Shown here: positions 33,582-42,380 of the stretch, piece after piece
Numbering within the stretch: the stretch's first letter is position 1
Layout of the letters: each line of letters begins with the position of its first letter
Source: Candidatus Latescibacterota bacterium
GTDB lineage: Bacteria; Krumholzibacteriota; Krumholzibacteriia; WVZY01
Length of the DNA stretch: 64,000 nucleotides
Direction: 5' to 3'
Assembly: GCA_963791045.1 (NCBI GenBank)
Contig: CAWBQK010000007.1
Location: forward strand, 220,524 to 284,523
Notes under the pieces: model-generated
The model's database searches: none
Seen by the model: the letters and a program-made list of their open reading frames with translations, nothing else
What the model was told of the DNA's origin: nothing
Made by a program: the position numbers and the translations under genes

Positions 33582-34376
33582 ATGTCATTCTTCAACTTTG
33601 ATTTTACGCGACGAATTCTGGCGCGTTTCCAACGCGCAAAAGGGCATCGTATCGATGCCGATTCGTTGTCAAGGTTAGAGACGATCCTTGAGTATACCTT
33701 CCAGAACCGCTCGCTTCTCGTCGGCGCGTTGATGCACCGTTCTTATTTGTCGCGCGATGGCGTCGATACCGGTGATTTGAGTTCCAACGAACGCATGGAG
33801 TTTCTCGGAGACGCCGTCCTCTCCCTCGTGGTTAACGAGTATCTCTACCGCTCGTACACGGAGAAGCGGGAGGGCGAGTTGACGAAGATGAAGTCGGTTA
33901 TCGTCAGCGAATCGATTCTCTCTCACTATGCGCGGATTCACAGGCTCGGCGAGTTCATTCTCTTGAGTGAAAACGCTCTCAAGGCGGGTGTCGACGAGAC
34001 GGATAGCGTGCTTGCCGATACGCTGGAGGCGATTTTTGGCGCCGTGTTCCTCGACGGCGGTTTTGCCGCGGCCAGGGCGTGTATTCGCCGGCTCCTTCTG
34101 TCCGATGTCGGCGAAATCTTCGAGGGCGAGGACAACATCAACTTCAAAAGCCTCCTCCAGGAGTATATACAGGCTCTCCACAAAATTCCGCCTCGCTACC
34201 GGGTGGACTCCACGGCTGGGCCGGAACACCAGAAAGAGTTTTCCGTTGAGGTCAGTGTGCGCGGCCAGGTGCTGGGGGCGGGAAACGGGAAAACGAAGAA
34301 ACTCGCCGAGCAAGAGGCGGCCAAGACGGCCTACAAAAAGCTGATGAATACTGATGGTATCGTAGAACCCCACTGA
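33582..34376 (+). CDS. rnc: Ribonuclease III
   Basis: NERMEFLGDAVL, D..EA..GA...D and dsRBD (KSLLQE...KK.AEQ.AA). Confidence 0.96.
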   Translation: MSFFNFDFTRRILARFQRAKGHRIDADSLSRLETILEYTFQNRSLLVGALMHRSYLSRDGVDTGDLSSNERMEFLGDAVLSLVVNEYLYRSYTEKREGELTKMKSVIVSESILSHYARIHRLGEFILLSENALKAGVDETDSVLADTLEAIFGAVFLDGGFAAARACIRRLLLSDVGEIFEGEDNINFKSLLQEYIQALHKIPPRYRVDSTAGPEHQKEFSVEVSVRGQVLGAGNGKTKKLAEQEAAKTAYKKLMNTDGIVEPH

Positions 34377-34418
34377 TGCCGCAGAGCGGCGGCACGGTTA
34401 ATGCAGGTTGGGGATAAT

Positions 34419-34907
34419 ATGGGCAGACCTGAGATAAAGATCCCCAATCCCCGGTTCGTTTACGGTGGTGAACTGGAGGGTTTGTGCCGCGAGTGCCAGC
34501 TCCCGTGCACGCTTGAAGAAACGAGCATCGATTGTCTCCGCCGCTTTTTTCTCCAGGGTTTTCTCCAGTGCACCTATTTCGTCGGTGGGCACTGTTTCCT
34601 CATCGACACGCCCGGTTGTGTTTTTGACAACGGGGGAAACCACGAAAACTACTGGATGAATTTGCTCAACCAGTATTACCACAATGTTGGGGATGTTGAA
34701 ACTCGCGATCCGGACTTCGTCCGGCGAATCGAAGATCTCAAACGTCTCGTGACCGATCAGATCGATGGCCGCCGGGTGTCGCTTTGCCGTTACCTCGAAG
34801 AAATCTATAACCGGATCATGGAGACGGGGGGTGGTATGGGTGAAGAAATGATGGAGAAGCTCGACGAGGCATACATGGCGCTTCTCGCGGGAAGGTCGAG
34901 GAAATAG
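34419..34907 (+). CDS. Cys-rich hypothetical protein
   Basis: 162-aa ORF co-oriented with rnc and followed by a terminator; CRECQLPC plus five more Cys. Confidence 0.65.
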   Translation: MGRPEIKIPNPRFVYGGELEGLCRECQLPCTLEETSIDCLRRFFLQGFLQCTYFVGGHCFLIDTPGCVFDNGGNHENYWMNLLNQYYHNVGDVETRDPDFVRRIEDLKRLVTDQIDGRRVSLCRYLEEIYNRIMETGGGMGEEMMEKLDEAYMALLAGRSRK

Positions 34908-34932
34908 CGGGCAACAAAACGAGCGAGAGACG

Positions 34933-34959
34933 GCGACCCCCATAGGGGCGCTTTTTTTT
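34933..34959 (+). terminator. Intrinsic terminator between convergent genes
   Basis: GCGACCCC-CATA-GGGGCGC-TTTTTTTT. Confidence 0.6.
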
Positions 34960-34963
34960 GTGT

Positions 34964-36322
34964 CTAGAACCGGTATGACCCCGAGAGGATCAGACGGTCG
35001 CTGGTTCTGTTGTCAATGAGGGTGTCAATGGTCCGTTTGCCGATCTGGTGTTCGTAGGAGGCGTCGATCGACAATACCCGTCCCACGAGAACTCCCATCC
35101 CCAGCGTCACCTTCTGCCGTTCCGTTTCTATTTCGGCTTTTTGGATGCTGTCGCCCGATATCCGGTCAGCCTGGAGATATTCCAAAGCATACGGAATGAT
35201 TGCGTAACCCGCACGGATTCGGACCGGTATGACGGGCAGCAGAACCTCGCCGCCGATTCGCAGGTTCAAGACCTCGCGAAATACGGGGTTAAGGTTTTCG
35301 TCCTTCAACTGCACGCCGTTGGACTCGGTTTGTCTCCAGTCGGCGTATTCGGCATCCAGGCTCACGACAAGATGCGGGGGCGTAATGCTAAGACCCGCGG
35401 CAACACGAAGCGGCAGCTTGTAGTCGGTGTCGATGTAAAACTGTTCGGCGTAATATTCGTCTTCAGCGTTTACGTAGTAGTAGGCGTTTTCTTCGTATGC
35501 AGTGCCTTTGAGACTAATTTTGACCGGTGTCGCCACGGCGAGACCAAAGTGCAACACATTGTGCGGATGGTACTGCATGCCGACCACCATCCCGTATCCG
35601 TTGAGGTCGACCTCGGCATCATCGCTCAGCGCTTCGGTTTCGAAATCCCCGTCGTCGAGGGGGCCGAGAAAGCTGTACGAAAATTGCGTAAGCGCCTTGA
35701 TATTTCCATCGAGGATAAACCCGTTAAGCCCCACCGAAACGGAAGGGGAGAGGTCGACTCCAAAACCGACGGTGTAGCTGTATACGTTGCCCGACTGCTG
35801 CAAAAGGTAGTCATCGTAGGTATCGGTGTCGGTGTTGACACCGCGGTTGAGAATTTCGAATTGACTCGACATGACCCTGTAAACGCCGCCGGCGAGCACG
35901 AGGCTTCCCCTGTAGCTTGGCACCGGATAGGCGGCGGAGAGTCCGTCCAGAGTTGTCGACGAGAATTCCGTCTCGTTGGGGTTTCCGTAAAATGTTTCCT
36001 TGACGTTGCTTTGCGTGTGCTGGAAACCCAGAGATATGTCGATCCGGCGGATCCGGGCAAGTCCCGCGGGGTTGTAGATGAGCGCGTGGGCGTCGTCACC
36101 AGCGGCAATGTAGGCACCGGCCATTCCAGCGGGACGGCCGCCGACACTGAGCCACTCTGTGAAGCCGAGATCCTCGACAGTAATCGCTTCGTTGATATTC
36201 TGCGCCGCCGCCGGCGATACCGACACGATGGTTACGATGGCGACGGCGATGGCCGCAACCACCGTACGTCCGAGCCGGCCGAACGGGCCGGAAGGAATCG
36301 GGCGGCTATTTTTTTCCATCAT
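34964..36322 (-). CDS. FadL/OmpP1/PorV-like outer membrane beta-barrel
   Basis: Signal peptide (PAAA|Q), GGRPAGMAGA...YNPAGLA hatch motif, amphipathic strands, C-terminal Phe (SGSYRF). Confidence 0.85.
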   Translation of the reverse strand: MMEKNSRPIPSGPFGRLGRTVVAAIAVAIVTIVSVSPAAAQNINEAITVEDLGFTEWLSVGGRPAGMAGAYIAAGDDAHALIYNPAGLARIRRIDISLGFQHTQSNVKETFYGNPNETEFSSTTLDGLSAAYPVPSYRGSLVLAGGVYRVMSSQFEILNRGVNTDTDTYDDYLLQQSGNVYSYTVGFGVDLSPSVSVGLNGFILDGNIKALTQFSYSFLGPLDDGDFETEALSDDAEVDLNGYGMVVGMQYHPHNVLHFGLAVATPVKISLKGTAYEENAYYYVNAEDEYYAEQFYIDTDYKLPLRVAAGLSITPPHLVVSLDAEYADWRQTESNGVQLKDENLNPVFREVLNLRIGGEVLLPVIPVRIRAGYAIIPYALEYLQADRISGDSIQKAEIETERQKVTLGMGVLVGRVLSIDASYEHQIGKRTIDTLIDNRTSDRLILSGSYRF

Positions 36323-36812
36323 CTTTGTCCTTTTTTCCCTTGGGTCGGACCTTTCGGTCCTTGCTCTTCGAATCATCGCTTGTTCCCTTCCTGGTGTCCT
36401 CCGGGTTCTTCACACCAAGGGCAGCGCCGGTTCCGGATTTTGGCACAGGGGAATTGGTTATGCTCCCGCCGGTCGTTCCGCCCATGGAAGCGCCGCCGAC
36501 GGGTCTCATACCTCGATCGTTCAGGGGAACCGTTGCAGGGCCGGATGGAGAGTAATACCAGTAGGAATCATACCACCAGGGAACCATGTAGAAGTAGGCC
36601 CAATCTGCACGGTAGTTTGCCTGGTGATTCGGTGGGTGGTGGTAACTCCACAGCTCGTCCTCGTAATGACACGAAGTGCACTGATTGGTAGCGACTTCTT
36701 CGGTCGGAACAGTATCTACCGGGGGGTGTTTGAGTAGGGTATAGCAGGCCGGGGAGACCAACACGGTCACCGCGATCAGGATCATTGGGGTAAATAATTT
36801 TCTCACTGTCAT
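36306..36812 (-). CDS. Lipoprotein with a single CxxCH motif, aromatic-rich segment and disordered basic tail
   Basis: Signal ending VSPA|C; CTSCH at 36666-36680; WAYFYMVPWWYDSYWYY; overlaps the barrel start by 17 bp. Confidence 0.75.
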   Translation of the reverse strand: MTVRKLFTPMILIAVTVLVSPACYTLLKHPPVDTVPTEEVATNQCTSCHYEDELWSYHHPPNHQANYRADWAYFYMVPWWYDSYWYYSPSGPATVPLNDRGMRPVGGASMGGTTGGSITNSPVPKSGTGAALGVKNPEDTRKGTSDDSKSKDRKVRPKGKKDKDDGKK

Positions 36813-36854
36813 AGCTAACCCCATATAAGATATATTATATTGGGTTTGAATCCA

Positions 36855-36871
36855 AGGCAATATTGATGCCA
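36855..36871 (-). promoter_or_regulatory. sigma54 promoter for the lipoprotein/barrel operon (near-palindromic)
   Basis: Minus strand TGGCATCAATATTGCC, GG-N10-GC, ~45 nt before the ATG at 36812. Confidence 0.65.
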
Positions 36872-36913
36872 TGATACAACCCGTAAGCACGTACAACCCA
36901 TTAAACAAACAAG

Positions 36914-38683
36914 ATGGAACAAATGAAAAACAGTAAGCACTTGAATCGACTGCTTTGTCTGCTTCTGCTCGCCCTCGCCGTGGGTGTCAATTTCCCGATG
37001 CCCGCGATGGCGGTCGTTCCGCGCGAAACCACTGATAAGCCGGCGCCGGACAACACCGGTGGGGGATTGGCCGACTATACAGTGGGGGTGTTTCTCCTGG
37101 AAAGCGGTTCGCCCCAGGCGGCGGTTCCGCACCTGGAGGCGGCGTGGGAGAAAAGCGCTCACGACGCAACCATCGGTGAGAAACTCGCCGAAGCGTATTT
37201 CAGCGTAGGAGACTTTCCCCGTTGCGAGACGGTCCTCGATGAACTTCTTGTCGAAGACGAAAACAGCCACGCCGCTCTTCTTCTTAAGGCCAAGGTTGCC
37301 TATCTTCGGTCGCGAAAGGAGGAGGCGGTAACCTACCTGGAAAAACTCGAAACGGTGCACGAACCGACTTTCGAGGTGCAGAGGATCCTCGCAAAGGTCT
37401 ACGTCGAACTCGGGCGTGAGAGCGACGCCATCGACGCCTACGCAACGGCCATCCACCTCGATTCCAACTACCCCCGCATGCATTACGAGTATGGTTTGCT
37501 TTTGCGCAACGCGGGCCGCGGCGACGAGGCGATCGAAGCGTTTACCAACGCCGTCCGTTTGAACCCGGGGTTTTCCGAAGCGGCGATCGATTTGGCGGCG
37601 ATTCTAATCGATAGGGGAGAGCAGGACGAGGCCGAGGCGGTCCTCGTGCGGCTTCTCGAAGCGGATCCTACCAACTATGACGCGATGCGGATGACGGCGG
37701 ACATTTATATCGAACAGGGCCAGCTCGATAAGGCGATCAAGCTTCTCGAAACGGCCAACCAGCAGTCACGGCTTCCCGCGGAAGGAGTGCTACTCCTGGG
37801 GCGGCTCTACTACGAGGTCAAAGATTATGACGAGGCGCTGAAAATTTTTAAGGGGCTCTTCGACTCGGGTCACCCGACACCCGAATTGGCCCGGGTTCTC
37901 GGTGAAATCTCGGCGAGGTCCGGTAATACCGAGGAAGCCCTGGTTCACTACCGGCGTGCAATCGAGCTCGGTCCGCGCGACTACAGGAATCATCTCGCGC
38001 TTTTCCTGGCGTCGTCATCGACCTTCACCGTGGAAGAGTCGCAGCGGATCAAACTCACCGACGAGGAAAACGCGCAGCTCCTCGACGAAGCGGCGCGCGT
38101 GGTTCAACCGGACGATTTCGACGGACTCTATTTGATTGGAATCTCATACCAAAGCATCGAGTCGCTCAAAGATGCCAGGGAATTCCTGGTCCAGGCGGCG
38201 GCGCTCGAGCCCGAAGACGAGCGGGTTCTCCTTAATCTCGCAAGCGTTCTCGAGAAGCTCGAGGAGTACGTCGAGGCCGAGCAGTATCTTATTGTTCTCC
38301 ACACCAAACAACCCGACGACCCGACAACGTGCAACTTTTATGGATATCTGCTTGCCGTTATGGGAAAGGATCTCGACAGGGCGGAAAAACTTATCGGTGT
38401 CGCTCTCGATGACGATCCTGAAAACGGGTACTACATCGACAGCCTCGGTTGGGTCTACTACAAAAAGGGCGCGTTCGATAAAGCGCTCGAACAACTCCAA
38501 CGCGCGTCGAGTATCGTCGGGGACGATCCCACGATCCTCGAGCACCTGGGCGATATTTACCTGGCCATGGAACGTCACGGTGACGCGCTGGAGGCGTACG
38601 AACGCTCGCGCGGACTCCAGGGCGACACACCGGAACTGATGAAAAAAATTGATGAAACTCAGAAGTTTGTTGAAAGCAAATAG
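36914..38683 (+). CDS. Exported tetratricopeptide-repeat protein
   Basis: Signal peptide, many TPRs, C-terminal N..GY...DSLGWVYY...EHLGD. Confidence 0.9.
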   Translation: MEQMKNSKHLNRLLCLLLLALAVGVNFPMPAMAVVPRETTDKPAPDNTGGGLADYTVGVFLLESGSPQAAVPHLEAAWEKSAHDATIGEKLAEAYFSVGDFPRCETVLDELLVEDENSHAALLLKAKVAYLRSRKEEAVTYLEKLETVHEPTFEVQRILAKVYVELGRESDAIDAYATAIHLDSNYPRMHYEYGLLLRNAGRGDEAIEAFTNAVRLNPGFSEAAIDLAAILIDRGEQDEAEAVLVRLLEADPTNYDAMRMTADIYIEQGQLDKAIKLLETANQQSRLPAEGVLLLGRLYYEVKDYDEALKIFKGLFDSGHPTPELARVLGEISARSGNTEEALVHYRRAIELGPRDYRNHLALFLASSSTFTVEESQRIKLTDEENAQLLDEAARVVQPDDFDGLYLIGISYQSIESLKDAREFLVQAAALEPEDERVLLNLASVLEKLEEYVEAEQYLIVLHTKQPDDPTTCNFYGYLLAVMGKDLDRAEKLIGVALDDDPENGYYIDSLGWVYYKKGAFDKALEQLQRASSIVGDDPTILEHLGDIYLAMERHGDALEAYERSRGLQGDTPELMKKIDETQKFVESK

Positions 38684-39428
38684 CGGCCTCCGACGGATGG
38701 CCGGAATCTGTGTGCTTGTCGTCACGGTCTGTGTGGCCGGCGCGTCGACAGGCTGCGGCGGTCCCGCCGTCGAGTCAAAGAGCGAGGCGTCCGACAAGTG
38801 CGTCTTGCTGGATTCGCTTTTCGATTCGTCGGGGTTTGAAAGACCGGTTCTCGTCGAAGGCAAGGCGACCGTTGACGCCAACGATTATCACATGCGCGGC
38901 AAGATTCGTCTCGACGCCAGTGCGCCCGGCGAAGTCGTCTTTGAATTTGCGAGTTCGATCCTTTTTGGAAATCAGAGGGAAGACTTTGTCTTTTCGGTCC
39001 ACGAGGACACCGTCCGGATTATCGATCGCGAACGGGGCGCGTATTACGAGGGACTGGAGGCGGAGGAATTCCTCGCCGAATCGATGGAGACGGACTTCAG
39101 CGTTCCGGCGATGATGTTTCTCGCGCTCGGAGGGCATCCGCCCTGCGATGAACTCACCGGCGTGAGCATAAAGACGGCGGCGGATGGCGGCTTTGTATGT
39201 TCGGGCAAACATCTTGGGGACGCATTCAGGCTGAACTTCGAGGGCCGGGGGCCGCGTATCCATTCGGCTACATGGCCGGTGCGCTCGCAGCGGTACCGCG
39301 ATGATCGCCTGGAAATCGACTATCGCTGGGAGGATGATGGGGGAGGACGGTCGGTGTTGAAGGAAATAGTGATCTGGCTCGAAATGCGGGAGTGGCGGTG
39401 CAAGATCCAGGCGGGTTCGGGCGGTTAG
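38649..39428 (+). CDS. Putative lipoprotein, LolB/DUF4292-like by context
   Basis: Signal ending STG|C; directly follows the DSLGW-type TPR gene; true start probably later. Confidence 0.5.
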   Translation: MMKLRSLLKANSGLRRMAGICVLVVTVCVAGASTGCGGPAVESKSEASDKCVLLDSLFDSSGFERPVLVEGKATVDANDYHMRGKIRLDASAPGEVVFEFASSILFGNQREDFVFSVHEDTVRIIDRERGAYYEGLEAEEFLAESMETDFSVPAMMFLALGGHPPCDELTGVSIKTAADGGFVCSGKHLGDAFRLNFEGRGPRIHSATWPVRSQRYRDDRLEIDYRWEDDGGGRSVLKEIVIWLEMREWRCKIQAGSGG

Positions 39429-39475
39429 GCCGGGGAAAACCCTGCCCCTCGGGGGTGTTTTTCTGGCCCGAAATG

Positions 39476-39500
39476 GGAACCCGGTGCACCACGAAGCGTA
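39476..39500 (+). promoter_or_regulatory. ECF-type promoter upstream of the ECF sigma gene
   Basis: GGAAC-N16-CGTA. Confidence 0.6.
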
Positions 39501-39524
39501 TAATCAAACGTCGAAAGGAAAGGC

Positions 39525-40154
39525 GTGCACGCTGATACTTTGAGGGAGAAGGCAAAGCTCAAACTCCTGAGTGACGAGGATCTCATCTTTCGCGTTCAGG
39601 GGGGCGACAACGACTGCTTCGATCTGCTTGTGGATCGGTACAAGTCACGCCTTTACAATTACTTATTTCGATTAGTCCGCAACGAAGACGAAGCGGAAGA
39701 GATCGCCCAGGAAACGTTTGTCAAAGCCTTCATCCACGCCGACAAGTACAAGACTATCGCGAAGTTTTCGACCTGGCTTTATACAATCGCGACCAACCTG
39801 GTCCGCAATCGTCTGCGAGCCAAGAAGAGAGCCCCCCGCTTCATGTCTCTTTGGGGCCGGGCGGGAGATTCAGACGAGGAAGTTAAGCAGATCGATCTCG
39901 AGGATACGGGCAGACAGCCGGATGTTCAGTTCAACGACAAGGAACTTGGTGAGGTCATCAATTCGGCCATCGAAAAGATTCCCGAGAAATACAGGGCGAG
40001 TTTTGTGCTGAGAGAGATCAATCAACTGAGCTACGAGGAGATTTCCGCGGTCACGGGTCTGAAGTTGGGAACGGTGCGGTCGCGGATCAACCGGGCGAGA
40101 AATTATTTCAGACGTATTGTTGAACCCCTGCTGGACAAGGGAGTCGACTTTTAG
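39525..40154 (+). CDS. ECF RNA polymerase sigma factor (RpoE/SigW-like)
   Basis: AEEIAQETF, FSTWLYTIATN, LSYEEI..GTVRSRINRAR. Confidence 0.93.
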   Translation: MHADTLREKAKLKLLSDEDLIFRVQGGDNDCFDLLVDRYKSRLYNYLFRLVRNEDEAEEIAQETFVKAFIHADKYKTIAKFSTWLYTIATNLVRNRLRAKKRAPRFMSLWGRAGDSDEEVKQIDLEDTGRQPDVQFNDKELGEVINSAIEKIPEKYRASFVLREINQLSYEEISAVTGLKLGTVRSRINRARNYFRRIVEPLLDKGVDF

Positions 40155-40164
40155 GAAGCAATGG

Positions 40165-40531
<367 letters not shown>

Positions 40532-40606
40532 AGATAGAGAAATGTTTTTTGTTTCATTTTTCAACAATTTCCATATACTCGTTCATTCTAACTAAACATT
40601 TGAAAG

Positions 40607-42290
40607 ATGAAAACAATAAGATATTTATTCCCCATCAAAATTCTCCTGGTGATATTTTTATTAACCAGCTGCGAGAAATACCTGGATCGGAAACCGTTGG
40701 ACCAGCCATCCAGTGCTACTTTCTGGAGCGATGAAACCGAATTGGTGCTGGCAATCAATGCAGTCTATAAAAACCTGTATTGGTCTAACAGAGGATTTAA
40801 TGCATATATTACCTATCAGTTTTTGTTCGATTGTATCTCGGATATCATGTGGGACCGGAACACGGGAAGGCCATGGCAAGTGGTATCGCAGGGCCTCATT
40901 ACACCTCTTGAAAGCACGCTGATCTATGGATCCTGGAAGCAGAAGTACACCTCAATAGGCCAGTGCAATCAGCTGCTGGCAAACATGGACCGTGCCAAAG
41001 ACAAGACAGATCCCGATGTATATGCCCGGATTGAAGCAGAAGCAAGATTCTTCAGGGCTTATGAATATTTCTGGCTGACAAACCTGTATGGTGATGTACC
41101 ATTTGTGACTGAGCCGATCGATATTTTCGATGCGGAGTTGCCGAGAACCGACAAGTCACAGATCTACAGCTTTATTCTGAGCGAACTGGATGCCGCTGCC
41201 GAGGTATTACCAGCAGAATATTCCGGAGATGATATAGGCCGGATCACCAGAGGTGCAGCCCTGGCCATCAAGGCGCGGGTCTCTCTTTTCAATGAAGACT
41301 GGAACGTTGCAGCAGAAGCCGCTAAAAGCATCATGGACCTGGGTACTCTATTCTCTCTACCCTGATTATGGGAAGCTTTTCACTTATGAGTCAGAAGGGA
41401 ATTCTGAAGGAGTTTTCACGGTTCAATATAGCCGAGAAAATCAGCTTATTCACAGGAGTGCTGTACACATATATGGAAGGTTATCAGGTGGTTACGCCAG
41501 CAAAGTTCCAACCCAGGCTCTTATTGATGCGTATGAATGCATCGATGGTTTGCGTATTGACCAATCACCCCTTTATGATGCCAGTAATCCTTTTGAGAAT
41601 CGTGATCCACGGCTGAATGACAGATGCGTGGTTCCGGGAACAATCTTCAGGAATTATCAGTTTGAAACCCATCCGGACAGCCTGGAGGCATGGGACTATA
41701 ATGTTGAGCCGCCTTCTCGCATCAATAACACAAATGTTACCCATGCCTATGCGACATTCTCAGGATATCAATTCCGTGTCTACGAGGATGAATTAAGGGA
41801 ATATCGAAGCCAGAACGATCTGGATCAAATGCTGGTTCGATATGCAGAAGTATTGCTGATGTATGCTGAAGCCAAAACGGAGTTGGGACAGATCGATGGA
41901 AGTGTGTACGATGCCATCAATGAAGTGAGAACCAGGGCAGGAATGCCGGAGATAGCAGCAGGGAAAAAGCCAGGATGAACTGAGGCAGATCATCGTTATG
42001 AAAGAAAAGTGGAATTCCCGTTTGAAGGATTGAGGTTTTTTGACATCCGTAGGTGGGGTATTGCTGAGGATGTGATGCCTGGTACAGTATTCGGACGCCC
42101 ATTACGTGATTACCGGGCCGAATACATCCCGGTATTTGATGAAAACTGGACACCTCGCTATGATGCTTATGCAGATAGTCTTCGTCAGTTCGATTTCCGT
42201 TACTTCGATCCGGGCAGAGATTATCTCTGGCCGATACCACAGGTTGAGATCGATCTTAATCCAAACCTTACCCAGAATCCCGGGTATTAA
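40607..42290 (+). CDS. RagB/SusD-family lipoprotein (frameshifts near 41350 and 41970)
   Basis: LTS|C lipobox, AEARFFRAYEYF.L...YGDVP, GRITRGAA, RYAEVLLMYAEA, EFPFEGLRFFDIRRW, LWPIP...QNPGY. Confidence 0.92.
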
Positions 42291-42300
42291 AGAAGAGAAA

Positions 42301-42331
42301 TTCCGCCTGGTAATGTAACTACCGGGCGGAA
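42301..42331 (+). terminator. Stem-loop after susD (terminator or mRNA-stabilising hairpin)
   Basis: TTCCGCCTGGTA-N7-TACCGGGCGGAA. Confidence 0.55.
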
Positions 42332-42380
42332 ATTTATATTTTCTCATGTCCAATTTACATTTCTAATAATAATCATTTAT

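Noticed and set aside
35048..36691. 547-aa plus-strand ORF
   Set aside because: Antisense shadow of the barrel and lipoprotein genes with no recognisable motifs; the same applies to 14907-16145, 23840-25099 and 19390-20487.
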